From assembly GCA_965217865.1 (NCBI GenBank), contig CBDCJO010000002.1, positions 256,001-320,000 of the forward strand: DNA of 64,000 bases. Direction: 5' to 3'. The notes under the pieces were generated by a model. It was not told the DNA's origin and did no database searches. It worked only from the letters and a program-made list of their open reading frames with translations. A program made the translations under genes and the position numbers. Below are positions 55,069-64,000 of this stretch, in pieces. Numbering within the stretch: position 1 is the stretch's first letter; every line of letters starts with the position of its first letter. The stretch comes from Candidatus Latescibacterota bacterium. Lineage in GTDB: Bacteria; Latescibacterota; UBA2968; SICM01.

Positions 55069-55669
55069 ATGTCCGTGTTTCGGGCAAATTGTCCATATTG
55101 CGGCACCAAAGAGGTTGCGTTCACGATTCTCTGTGAAGAGTGCTTGGATAACAAGGGCCACTGGGATACATTTGCTAAATGCGGCTACTGCGACCGTGGG
55201 ATTGTCGCGACATTTGACGTGTTCGGCGGGCGGGCTCCAAGTGTAAGCCTCAAACTCCATCTTCTGGGAATTGCTCCGCCGCTTCCCGACACCGGTGCGC
55301 CGGACTATACTCCTGAAAATGTCGCGCGCTTCTCCGAGCAAGCTATTGATAACCTGCCTAAAAACTGGGACGCCGCCGGCAGTATGTTCCGCAAGGTGCT
55401 GGATACTGGCTTGAAAAGCAAGTTTCCCGAGATGAAAGGCACATTGTACAATCGCATAGAGGAGGCTGCCAAGAAACAGGATTTGACGCCCGCTTTGGCC
55501 GAATGGGCGCATCAGATTACGGCTTGGAGGCAATGACGCCGCACATGAGGAAGAGCCAATTTCTAAAAATGATGCGGAGAAATTATCCAAATTTACCAGG
55601 CTTGTTTTCCTCTACTTGTTCACACTGCCTGGCATGCTGGAGGAAGCTCAAAAGCGAACCGGAGAATAG
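55069..55669 (+). pseudogene. Zn-ribbon + DUF4145 (HEPN) protein, frameshifted near 55518
   Basis: CPYC/CGYC; AAGSMFRKVLD; RLGGNDAAH continues in a shifted frame to a stop at 55669. Confidence 0.75.
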
Positions 55670-55794
55670 ACCGGTGATTTTGGAGGAAGCAAGTTTCGGC
55701 GAGGGAATCAACATACGCTGGCGGGCGTCGCAGATAAGGGGCTGTTCATCACCACAGGAGGGTTCACCAAGGATGCGGAGCGCGAGGCCGCGTG

Positions 55795-56142
55795 ACTCCA
55801 AGAGAATAGACATCAGAGCTAGCATCAACGGGTTCGCCAGCTTGTTGTTCGGGCGACATATAGCCTGGTGTTCCGATAACCCATCCGGACTTTGTGAGTT
55901 TCTTGGCGTCTTCTGCGGAAAGAGCAATTCCAAAATCAACGAGATAGGTGGATTCCCGGTCAGGCCGGATAATGATGTTTTCGGGCTTAATGTCTCGATG
56001 CACAATAGATAAACCGTGGGCGTGCTCCAAGGCCAATGCAACCTGATTAAACCAGACCCGGGCTTCACTAATCGAGCAAGGCCCCTCATTGAGTATTCCT
56101 CTGAGATCTGAACCTTCTATGAACTGAAAAATAATAAGAAAT
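55795..56142 (-). pseudogene. Ser/Thr protein kinase, catalytic part (downstream of IS1595 insertion), 3'-truncated
   Basis: HRDIKPEN, DFG, GTPGYMSPE, SDVYSLG. Confidence 0.9.
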
Positions 56143-56190
56143 GGTGATTATGCACTTGACTAAGGTTGGCAGGTTTGGTAAATTGATGGG

Positions 56191-56709
56191 ATGGAATGGA
56201 AAAGTGTTTTTCGGAACCCGCTTTGCGCCTTGTCGGTGCTGGCTATGTTCGCAGGTTTACTGGTCGATTTTCAGGGGGCGGCGTCTAAAATGGCACGAGC
56301 TATTCCCCTAATAGAAGCCTTACTGCCATTGATAGCCCTTGGGGGGGTTACGTTCTTTGGGTTGTGGTCAATATGGGCGGTTCCATCATTCTTCTGGGCG
56401 CGTCGCCCTGCTGCCAAGTTTGGAACAAATTACTATTTCATAGTGAAATGCCGCAATGCCGTTGAAGGTCGCATTATCGGCATATTGGACAACAATTCTC
56501 ACTTGTATGCCGGAATGACGGAACTTTCCAATACGTTGAGTCGATTCCGAATCCAATGTCCCAATATAAATCCTGACGATAAATATTACGCAGTAGTATG
56601 GTTCAACTTTCTTGCACAATTAGCGCCATTGGCACGGCACGATGATTTGTACAATGCACGCAAACTTGGATTACGGGGAAATGAATCACATGACCGAACC
56701 CAACTTTAA
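56191..56709 (+). CDS. Hypothetical membrane protein (IS1595 passenger)
   Basis: 172-aa ORF, two N-terminal hydrophobic helices, overlaps methylase start. Confidence 0.7.
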   Translation: MEWKSVFRNPLCALSVLAMFAGLLVDFQGAASKMARAIPLIEALLPLIALGGVTFFGLWSIWAVPSFFWARRPAAKFGTNYYFIVKCRNAVEGRIIGILDNNSHLYAGMTELSNTLSRFRIQCPNINPDDKYYAVVWFNFLAQLAPLARHDDLYNARKLGLRGNESHDRTQL

Positions 56710-59641
56710 GAACCGCACGATATGGACGGGCGACAACCTGGACATCATGCGTGGCATGAACTCCGAAAGCGTTGATCTGATCTACCTTGATCCGCCCTTC
56801 AACTCCAATCGCACCTACTCCGCGCCCGTAGGAAGCAAGGCGGCGGGGGCTGCCTTCAAGGATTCATGGTCGTTATCCGATTTGGATGTTGCCTGGATGG
56901 GGATCATTGCCGACAAACATCCGGGCATGTATAAGGTTCTGGAAGCGTCTGGCGTCGCTCACGGAAAAGGGATGCAATCCTATCTTTGCATGATGGGTGT
57001 CCGAATCCTTGAAATGCATCGTCTCTTGAAGCCTGCGGGGAGCATCTATCTTCATTGCGATCCCACGGCCAGTCACTACCTCAAGCTGCTTATGGACGCG
57101 GTATTCGGGCAGGAAAATTTTCGGAGTGAGATCACGTGGCGCCGTACCAATGCGAAAGGATTGGCGTTCAAGAGCTACCCGAACAACGCTGACTTTCTGT
57201 TGTACTACAGCAAAGCCGAATCTTTTACGTGGAATCGTCCATTTCGCTCCCATGATCCGACCTATTTAAAAAAATTTTACCGACATGTTGATCCAAAAAC
57301 CGGACGGCGCTATCTACTCGACAATCTGGCGAACCCGAACTCGGATCGCCCTAATTTGACATACGAGTTTCTCGGAGTAACCAGAGTTTGGCGTTGGACA
57401 CGAAAACGAATGCAGAAAGCCTACGAACAGGGTCTCGTTGTGCAGCAACGTCCGGGTGCAGTTCCAAGACTCAAAAGGTATTTGGATGAGATGAAAGGCG
57501 CCCCGGTTGATACGATTTGGGACGATGTAAAGCCAGTACAGGCTCAATCCGGGGAGCGCATCGGCTATCCCACCCAGAAGCCCCTTGTCCTCCTGAACAG
57601 GATCATCCAGGCAAGCAGCGACATCAACGATATGGTCATGGACCCATTCTGCGGATGCGCAACGACCTGCGTGTCGGCGGACAAGCTGAACCGCCAATGG
57701 GTCGGAATAGACATCTCGCATAAAGCTTCCGAGCTTGTCAACATGAGACTTCAATCGGAATTGGGAGACCTTTATCATTCCCGCCTGGTTGCGGTCCGAA
57801 CCGACGTTGTATCTATTCTGAGATAACAAGAGAAAAGCAGATAAAGGTCCAAGCAAGATTCAGGCAGCCTTGTGGATGGTCTGGGATGTTCTTTGCCGAT
57901 TGATTTCTATGCGGCGCTGCCGAGCCTCCTCCTTTCGACCTTGTCGGTGGTGAAGAATCTTTTGATGCTGGCCTTTATGCCTCTGAAGAGGCGTGACATA
58001 CTGTATTGCCCCGTGATAGCGTTCGGCGTTGTAGCTGTGAATGAAGGAATCAATCAGGCCTTCCAGTTGATGGAATGTGAAGATGTCCTGGAAGCGCAGC
58101 CAGTCGTATTTGAATGTCCGGAAAAAGGCTTCGATCCAGGCGTTGTCCGTGGGTGTTTGATATCGGGCAAACAGCTGCGAGATGCCCAGGTCCTTGAAGA
58201 ATTGGGCCATCGATTTGGCCTTCATCTGAGATCCGTGATCTGAGAGGGCTGTCAAGCTTATGGGCCCAGTGTCCAGGTCCAGCAGTCCTTCGTTGGCAAG
58301 GGCTTGATCCCAGGCCTGTTTGACCTGCTCCACGGTCGCGTTGAAGGAGAGCTTCCATCCTACGATCTTCCTGGAATACACGTCGAGAATGGCGGTAAAA
58401 TACAGGAACAAACCGAAAAATGGGATGTAGGTCAGGTCCCAGCTCCAGACCTGATTAGGACCTTCAGGTTTGACCTGGGGCTTGCTCTGCTTGACCGGCG
58501 TCCTCACCTGTTTCCTGCGTGCCAGACGTTCTTTCCTGGCCTGTCGGTAGAAGCTGGAGGCCGAGGCCTGCACTACCCCCTTCTCTGAGGCTACCACCGC
58601 CAGCTGATGGGGAGGCAGATCGGCATAGGTCTCATCCCTTAAGAGGGCCGGGATTTGCTCTTTCTCCTCCCTCAGCAATCCGTGTGGGGCCTCATCAGGG
58701 GCGGGCCCGGGCTTCCCATCCAAAAGCGGGTCCGACACCCCATCCAGCTTCTCTTCTCGATCTCGCCGGCTCCAGGCACAATACCGCTGGAGGGGAAGCT
58801 GTAGGATCTCGCAAGAACGGGTGAGTTTCACCCCTTTCTCCTTGGCCCGATGGACCATTAAGAGGATCTCGCGTTTGACCTCAGCTTGCACCCGGTGGCC
58901 CTTGATCGGGCCTGTCAGATCCCATTCACACTTTTTTTTAGCAGGGAAAGTTCCACAGATTGCTCAATGATCGTTTGCTCCAGGCGTGCCCGCTCTTTGC
59001 GCAGCTGCTCCACCTCCTCAGCCGATACCATCGGCTTGCGGCTCCGGCGACCCTTGAACTCCTTGAGGGCCCCGGACTTGACCGACTCACGAATACGCTT
59101 TAGATCCGAGGAATGAATGCCCCATTTCCGCAGCACCTGTGCAATGGGAACATCTCCCCGGCTGGCTTCAAGGAAAATCTCATACTTCTGTTCCGGGGAC
59201 AAGCTCCTGCGCTTCTTGACCGGGTCACTGTTTGAGGACAGTTGCTCCATCTTTACTCCTCCTGTGAGGTCAGGGATATCCCAAAATATGTATCCCTTCT
59301 CAACCCTACAGGCAACCAGGATCTTGCTTCGACCTTGCCCCCGTTTTTTCGGGCGATCTCAGACAAAAGATAACGTTCCAAAGCGCACTGACTTGGGCGA
59401 ACTTCCCGATTACCGAACGTACAAGCATATCCTGTTCGGCAAGCAGGAAGGAGTATGCGGTGGTTGTCGTTCAACGTTCCAGTTCAGGAACTTCACGGTG
59501 GATCATATCGTACCCAAAATCAAAGGAGGAACCAACCACCAAGACAACCTGCAACTGCTCTGCGGAGCCTGTAACAGCTTGAAAGGTGATAGGCCGCAAG
59601 CCTATCTGGTGGCGAGATTGAAAGGCTTGGCCACACCTTAG
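56690..59641 (+). pseudogene. N6/N4 DNA methyltransferase-HNH nuclease fusion (IS1595 passenger), interrupted by IS3-type element
   Basis: DLIYLDPPF, YPTQKP, DPFCGCATT; after the IS, CGGC...DHIVP...N...CGACN; joins as RTDVPKRTD. Confidence 0.9.
57808..59372 (-). mobile_element. IS3-family-like element (orfA 58915-59250, orfB 57860-58891) with ACGT target duplication
   Basis: PNQVWSWDLTY, SDHGSQ, DNAWIEAFF; imperfect IRs sharing tctgagat; ACGT at 57804-57807 and 59373-59376. Confidence 0.92.
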
Positions 59642-60531
59642 GCCGCCGTCAGGTTCCGGTACGTGATGTTGTCCGTGTTCATGATCCGGCGAAGCGTATC
59701 GTGGAACAGGCGAGGATTGTTACGATTGTTGAACCTCCATTCAAGCTCTTCAAGATAACGGTCCATATGCTTAGTGCTCATCTTGTGAAACGTCCCTACG
59801 ATGGAACGCTTGAACAGGGACCAGACGCCCTCGACGCTGTTGGTGTGCACGTCGCCGACAACCCATTGCTCTTCGGAATGCCTGACGGTTTCATGACGGG
59901 TGTCATGGTCCTCGACTCCGAGATAGGATTTCAACTCGTCCGTGTAAATGGCTTCCGCTTCGTCCTTGACGGTTCGCCGGATAAAGTCATGAAGCGTCTG
60001 GCGTCTGACGTTGGAGATGCGCTCGATTCGGATGTTTCCGCCCCTCTGGACGGCCCCTGCGATCCAGGTTTTGTTTCCCTTGTAGGCGCGCCCCTTGTTC
60101 TTTGTCCTGCCTCCTACAAGCGTTTCGTCCACTTCCACGACGCCGAGCAGCGTCGGCCCCTCAAACGGATCGTTGCCCATAGCCTTCCGGATTCTGTGGC
60201 AGAGATACCAGGCCGACCGGTAGGCGACGCCGAGCGTTCGTTGAAGTTGAAGCGCGGAGATGCCTTTTTTGGATTCGCACATCAGGTAGATCGCCAGGAA
60301 CCATTTGCGAAGCGGCAGATGAGAATCATGCATGATGGTCCCGGACATAACGCTGAACTGGTACTCGCATGACCGGCATTCCCACAGGTTGTAATCGTGA
60401 AGCTCGTTTACCCCCGTGTCTCCGCAGCGCGTGCAACATACGCCGTTCGGCCAGCGGATGCGCTCAAGGGCTTCCCTGCACTTCCCGTCATTGCCGAACC
60501 GGTCAATCAAGGAGATAATATTGACGTCCAT
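59638..60531 (-). CDS. IS1595-family transposase
   Basis: Zn ribbon CTRC/CRSC, VEVDET, IYTDE, HTNSVEGVWSLFKR, YLEELEWRFN. Confidence 0.95.
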   Translation of the reverse strand: MDVNIISLIDRFGNDGKCREALERIRWPNGVCCTRCGDTGVNELHDYNLWECRSCEYQFSVMSGTIMHDSHLPLRKWFLAIYLMCESKKGISALQLQRTLGVAYRSAWYLCHRIRKAMGNDPFEGPTLLGVVEVDETLVGGRTKNKGRAYKGNKTWIAGAVQRGGNIRIERISNVRRQTLHDFIRRTVKDEAEAIYTDELKSYLGVEDHDTRHETVRHSEEQWVVGDVHTNSVEGVWSLFKRSIVGTFHKMSTKHMDRYLEELEWRFNNRNNPRLFHDTLRRIMNTDNITYRNLTAA

Positions 60532-60682
60532 GGATCACACTCCTAAGAAGAAGAAGAAATTGCCTAAGGATTTCGCCGAGCGGACCGACCACGAGCTCAT
60601 GGAGCTGCTTTTCGGAAAACAGGTCATGAAAGCCGTTGACAAGATCGTCGATGACCGGTCACAAGGCTTTGACAGTAAGTAA
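60530..60682 (+). CDS. 50-aa basic ORF divergent from the IS1595 transposase
   Basis: MDHTPKKKKKLPKDFAER...; ATG overlaps transposase start; AGGAG upstream but distant. Confidence 0.4.
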   Translation: MDHTPKKKKKLPKDFAERTDHELMELLFGKQVMKAVDKIVDDRSQGFDSK

Positions 60683-60744
60683 GTAACGTCGTCCATAGAC
60701 TTAATATAACAATATTCTTATCCTTAGTCAAGTGCATAATAACC

Positions 60745-60925
60745 TAAGAAATACTTTTCCAGCACTGAAAGAGACATCGTAGATCGAAGGAATGTTCGGA
60801 TGGGAGAGGCTCGCTAGGATACGGGCCTCTCTACGAAATCTCTCTTGCTCAGTTTCAGAGAACTCGGTTGCCAGTGGAGTCAAAACCTTGACCGCAACAT
60901 CACGCTCTAGAGCGGTGTCAGCCAA
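60745..60925 (-). pseudogene. Ser/Thr protein kinase N-lobe (upstream of IS1595 insertion), 5'-truncated
   Basis: DTALERDVAVKVL...RFRREARILASLSHPNIPSIYD; joins in frame to FLIIFQFIEG across the TSD. Confidence 0.9.
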
Positions 60926-61104
60926 GGGCGAACTTCGACAACGCCGTTAGCGCCCTTCCGTCGAGAAGCCGTTCGCCGATCGTTGCCGATCCGGTCAGAC
61001 CTTCGCGTAGCGTCTCGATGATTTCTTCCAGTAATGGCCGGTGGTCCTTGCCATCGGAGAAATCCTGGAGTGCCAACGCGGAAATGGCCCTCGTCCAACG
61101 GGCG

Positions 61105-61513
61105 ACCGCTGATCGCATTTTAACTGCTCCGCACCGAGGCGAACGTCACGACGATATTCTGCCGGGCCTGCGGCATCTGACGATCAATCGTGCGATCTAC
61201 TGGTTTGACGTTAGTGAAGCCACGTCGAGCCACCGCCTCCGGCGCGGCTCGACCTTGGCCCTTCGCGGGCGGGGCATCAAACCCCGCCCTTGACCAAAGG
61301 GGAACACATCCCCTTTGGAAACCCCAGGCTTAGGGAGCTTCGCGCCCCCTAAGAACCCCCGCGAGCAGTGTCGATTCCTCCCCGCGCAAAGCGCGGGGTA
61401 TCCTCGACAGAAAAACCATGCATGAAGAAAAGAAAAGCATACGTATCCTGGCCGTGTTTTTCGGTCGACAGGATCACGTCCGACACATGCTGACTCGGCT
61501 CATCGGTAGCTGA
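61105..61513 (+). pseudogene. RelE/ParE toxin remnant split by a 208-bp structured insertion
   Basis: PHRGERHDDILPGLRHLTINRAIYWFD ... EEKKSIRILAVFFGRQD. Confidence 0.75.
61210..61417 (+). mobile_element. 208-bp hairpin-rich miniature element, probably IS200/IS605 (IscB-type) derived
   Basis: Five consecutive stem-loops; removing 208 bp restores the ParE frame. Confidence 0.7.
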
Positions 61514-61568
61514 GGAAGTCCATTCATGACAAGTGGATCGACAAACCTATATCGAGGTTTCCGTCTTT

Positions 61569-62720
61569 TTCTGTTTCGTTCCGACGGGTATCGGACGGAA
61601 ACGTCAAAGTCGATCGTTCGTCGTTAATTTCAGCAGGGGCTAGGAAGTGCCAGTTTTTGATCTTTTTTCATATCGCAAACGGCGGGCCGAAGGCGAAAGA
61701 CCGGATGTATTCGTCTACGACACGCTTCCCGAGCCACTCCGAGTGCAAATCGTCCAAATCATGCAAGATGCTATCGGCCGATTTCATGTCTATAATTCCC
61801 TGTTCGATAATTCCCCGTTCGATGGCGCGATCGAGAACAATGTAGGCTGGCAATTTATCCACGATACGGTTGCCCGGGAGCATGGTGTATTCCGGTTAGC
61901 GGATGAAATAAAACTAGATGCTCGTTGCGCGTATTTTCTTCTCAACTGTGATTCGGTGAAACGAGTGCTTGATCTTGTTGAATTCAGCTTTCGCTACGTC
62001 GATAAGATTGCCCGGATATTCAACGAACATGATCGCCAGAGAAAAGGGATAGAGGTGACAGCAAGCGATGCAATTGCTGAGCTCAACGAGCGTTTCCGAC
62101 GTGCTGGCGTGGGATATCAATTTGAGGAGGGAAATATCTTTCGTGTCGACTCAGAATTGATTCACTCCGAAGTGGTGCGGCCCGCGCTTCGACATCTCCA
62201 CCAAAAGGGCTTTGAGGGGCCACGTGATGAATTCATCCGCGCGCACAAGCATTACCGTGCTGGCGAAATGCAAGATGCAATCACGGATGCCAACAACGCG
62301 TTCGAAAGCACATTGAAGGCGATTTGCGATCAGAAAGGTTGGCGGTATCCAGAGGGTGCCCGTGCTTCGGATCTTCTCAAGCTAGTGCGCGCGAAGGATC
62401 TTTTGCCAGACTATCTGGACCGGTCGTTCGACCAGCTGATTGCTACACTTAAGTCGGGTCTTCCGGAAGTGAGGAACGAGGAGGGTGCTCATGGCCAAGG
62501 AGCAACACCGCGGAAGACACCCAATTATGTGGCGGCCTACGCGCTCCATTTGGCGGCCGCCAACATACTGTTTCTCGCTGAAGCGCATAAAGCGATGAAA
62601 TAAATAAGGCATACCGTGATGTTTCGCTTCATCAGACGGCTGTTCGGGAACGATGTCACCACGGCCGATAGCCGGGGCGGCGGACGACACGGGGTTGGTC
62701 GTTCATCGATCGTCCCGCGC
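61569..62720 (+). repeat. 1.15-kb direct repeat, copy 2
   Basis: Matches 42934-44069. Confidence 0.95.
61647..62603 (+). CDS. Abortive-infection family protein, copy 2 (5 aa longer)
   Basis: Near-identical to 43012-43953; 15-bp imperfect tandem repeat at 61792-61821. Confidence 0.85.
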   Translation: MPVFDLFSYRKRRAEGERPDVFVYDTLPEPLRVQIVQIMQDAIGRFHVYNSLFDNSPFDGAIENNVGWQFIHDTVAREHGVFRLADEIKLDARCAYFLLNCDSVKRVLDLVEFSFRYVDKIARIFNEHDRQRKGIEVTASDAIAELNERFRRAGVGYQFEEGNIFRVDSELIHSEVVRPALRHLHQKGFEGPRDEFIRAHKHYRAGEMQDAITDANNAFESTLKAICDQKGWRYPEGARASDLLKLVRAKDLLPDYLDRSFDQLIATLKSGLPEVRNEEGAHGQGATPRKTPNYVAAYALHLAAANILFLAEAHKAMK

Positions 62721-63029
62721 GATGAAATCTGGTTGTACATGGCTTCTGTCTAGCTTGAATCCTTCCTCTACGAGTGCTGCAAACAAGTATAGCTCCCATA
62801 GGCGGCTGTTGAAGCCTGTGGTTTGAATATCCTTGACGAAGTTGCCATCTGGTTCGTCAAAGACGTTCGCCATTTCAGTAATTATCTCTCGCGCTGCTGA
62901 ACAATCCGGGTCGTCAGCAAGAATCAGAAAGTTGGAATGGAGCCGATCATTAGACAGTGGCGTAAAGAAATCGAGGTGCTTTTCGGTCTCGTCTCCTTGT
63001 TCGAACGCTGTATCTTCTTTGGCATGCAC
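62721..63029 (-). pseudogene. Internal fragment of a conserved hypothetical protein
   Basis: DEPDGNFVKDIQTTGFNSRLWELYL; cut at the repeat boundary. Confidence 0.55.
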
Positions 63030-63129
63030 CTCGTTCGATAATGCGGTACTGGGAGCCGAACGCGGCTCTCGTGTCAGACTTTATCGGAATGGTAACAAGT
63101 GTGTGTTCCCGAGTGCCTCCGGTCCTTGT

Positions 63130-63315
63130 GCGCGAAACGAGCGGCACGGTGCAGGACCGGGCCGGCGTCGTCGCCGCCCTGCAAGGAGGCGGGCTTCGAC
63201 GTGCCGCGCCAGGGCAAGAACTACGTGACCGCCCACGACCCGGACAGTGGGAAGCGGTGGCGGCTGAAAGGAGCGCTGTACGAGCATGACTTCCAACGCG
63301 AACGATTTGAGCGCC
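63130..63315 (+). pseudogene. Relaxase (MbeA/MobA-like) scrap
   Basis: DRAGVVAAL/EAGFDVPRQGKNYVT...RWRLKGALYE. Confidence 0.6.
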
Positions 63316-63357
63316 CGATGGCGCGCCTGGGGGATCCCAGTGCGATGCGGTGCGGGC

Positions 63358-63699
63358 ATGGTGGCCCTGCAAACCCTCCTCGCGCTCTACCGCCTTGGAG
63401 ACAGCACGGCCCTGCTGCAGTTGGTGAATCCGCTGATGTGGATCGGGCTGGGTCTGTTCTTCGTCACGGGCTGGGTCATTGGCTGGGTGGTGGAACGCCT
63501 TCTCCGCGGCACGACCGGTCGGTTCCGCACGCTGCTGCTGGGCGCGACGTTCCTGGCCACCCCCGTGGCGGTCGCCGGGAGCCTCGTGGGGGGGCTATTC
63601 GGCCCTCCGGGGGTCCTGCTCTATGGCCTGATCCCGTATCTCCTCCTGGTGGGGATTCCCAGACTGATTGGGGTCGTGTGGACCCGGCATGGCTCCTGA
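63358..63699 (+). CDS. Small membrane protein, possibly partial
   Basis: Three hydrophobic segments, GC-rich codon pattern. Confidence 0.5.
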   Translation: MVALQTLLALYRLGDSTALLQLVNPLMWIGLGLFFVTGWVIGWVVERLLRGTTGRFRTLLLGATFLATPVAVAGSLVGGLFGPPGVLLYGLIPYLLLVGIPRLIGVVWTRHGS

Positions 63700-63749
63700 G
63701 CTTCCGGAAGCAGAGTACGAACAACTCGAGGCGGTGTAGGACCTCCCAC

Positions 63750-63945
63750 CAGTTGGACCGCCCTCCTGATTCTGAACGAACCTGGGCTGGCCAAGCGACG
63801 CTGGACGAGGACCTTGCGCGGTTCCCATACGTCAATGGCCGGTTGTTCGAGGAGCCGCTACGCATCCCGGCCTTCAACGCAGAGATGCGGACAGCGTTGC
63901 TGGACGCTTGCCGTTTCGACTGGTCGAACATCTCACCCGCCATCA
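63750..63945 (+). pseudogene. MmeI-like type IIG restriction-methylase scrap
   Basis: LDEDLARFPYVNGRLFEE...DWSNISPAI. Confidence 0.75.
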
Positions 63946-64000
63946 TCTTGCGGCGCTGAAATTTGCATCAGCTTCCCCACCAAGCCCCCAGAGCATCGAG

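Larger units (their letters stand above)
56143..60744 (-). mobile_element. IS1595-family transposon with passenger genes
   Basis: 23-bp TIRs (ggtgattatgcacttgactaagg / ccttagtcaagtgcataataacc, 1 mismatch); 8-bp TSD TAAGAAAT at 56135-56142 and 60745-60752. Confidence 0.95.

Noticed and set aside
1-64000. CRISPR array, tRNA or rRNA genes
   Set aside because: No regularly spaced short repeats and no recognisable tRNA/rRNA sequence seen by eye; a covariance search was not possible.

Overview
Bacterial accessory region that reads as a dense, partly decayed anti-phage 'defence island' riddled with mobile DNA. No rRNA, tRNA or CRISPR array was recognised. Intact or nearly intact modules: an SNF2/DUF3883 - DUF1156 methylase - (HerA remnant) - DUF499 ATPase restriction-like cluster; a lone divergent PurF-like gene; a Swt1-HEPN/SNF2 helicase plus sacsin-like GHKL-HNH pair; an AAA+DUF4276 pair; two copies of an abortive-infection gene; a type III Mod methylase; and a nuclease-DGQHR-HEPN protein coupled to a Dam methylase. 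Between them lie dozens of 30-800 bp scraps of unrelated genes and many IS copies (IS3, IS256, IS1182-like, IS1380, IS1595). The clearest structural discoveries are (i) a 4.6-kb IS1595-family transposon with 23-bp TIRs and an 8-bp TSD that splits a Ser/Thr kinase and carries a methylase-HNH fusion, itself split by a nested IS3-type element; (ii) a 92-bp MITE inserted at CTAG in two different helicase genes, whose removal restores both reading frames; and (iii) two ~210-225-bp hairpin-rich IS200/IS605-derived miniature elements that each split a gene. Family assignments come from motif recognition by eye, not database searches.
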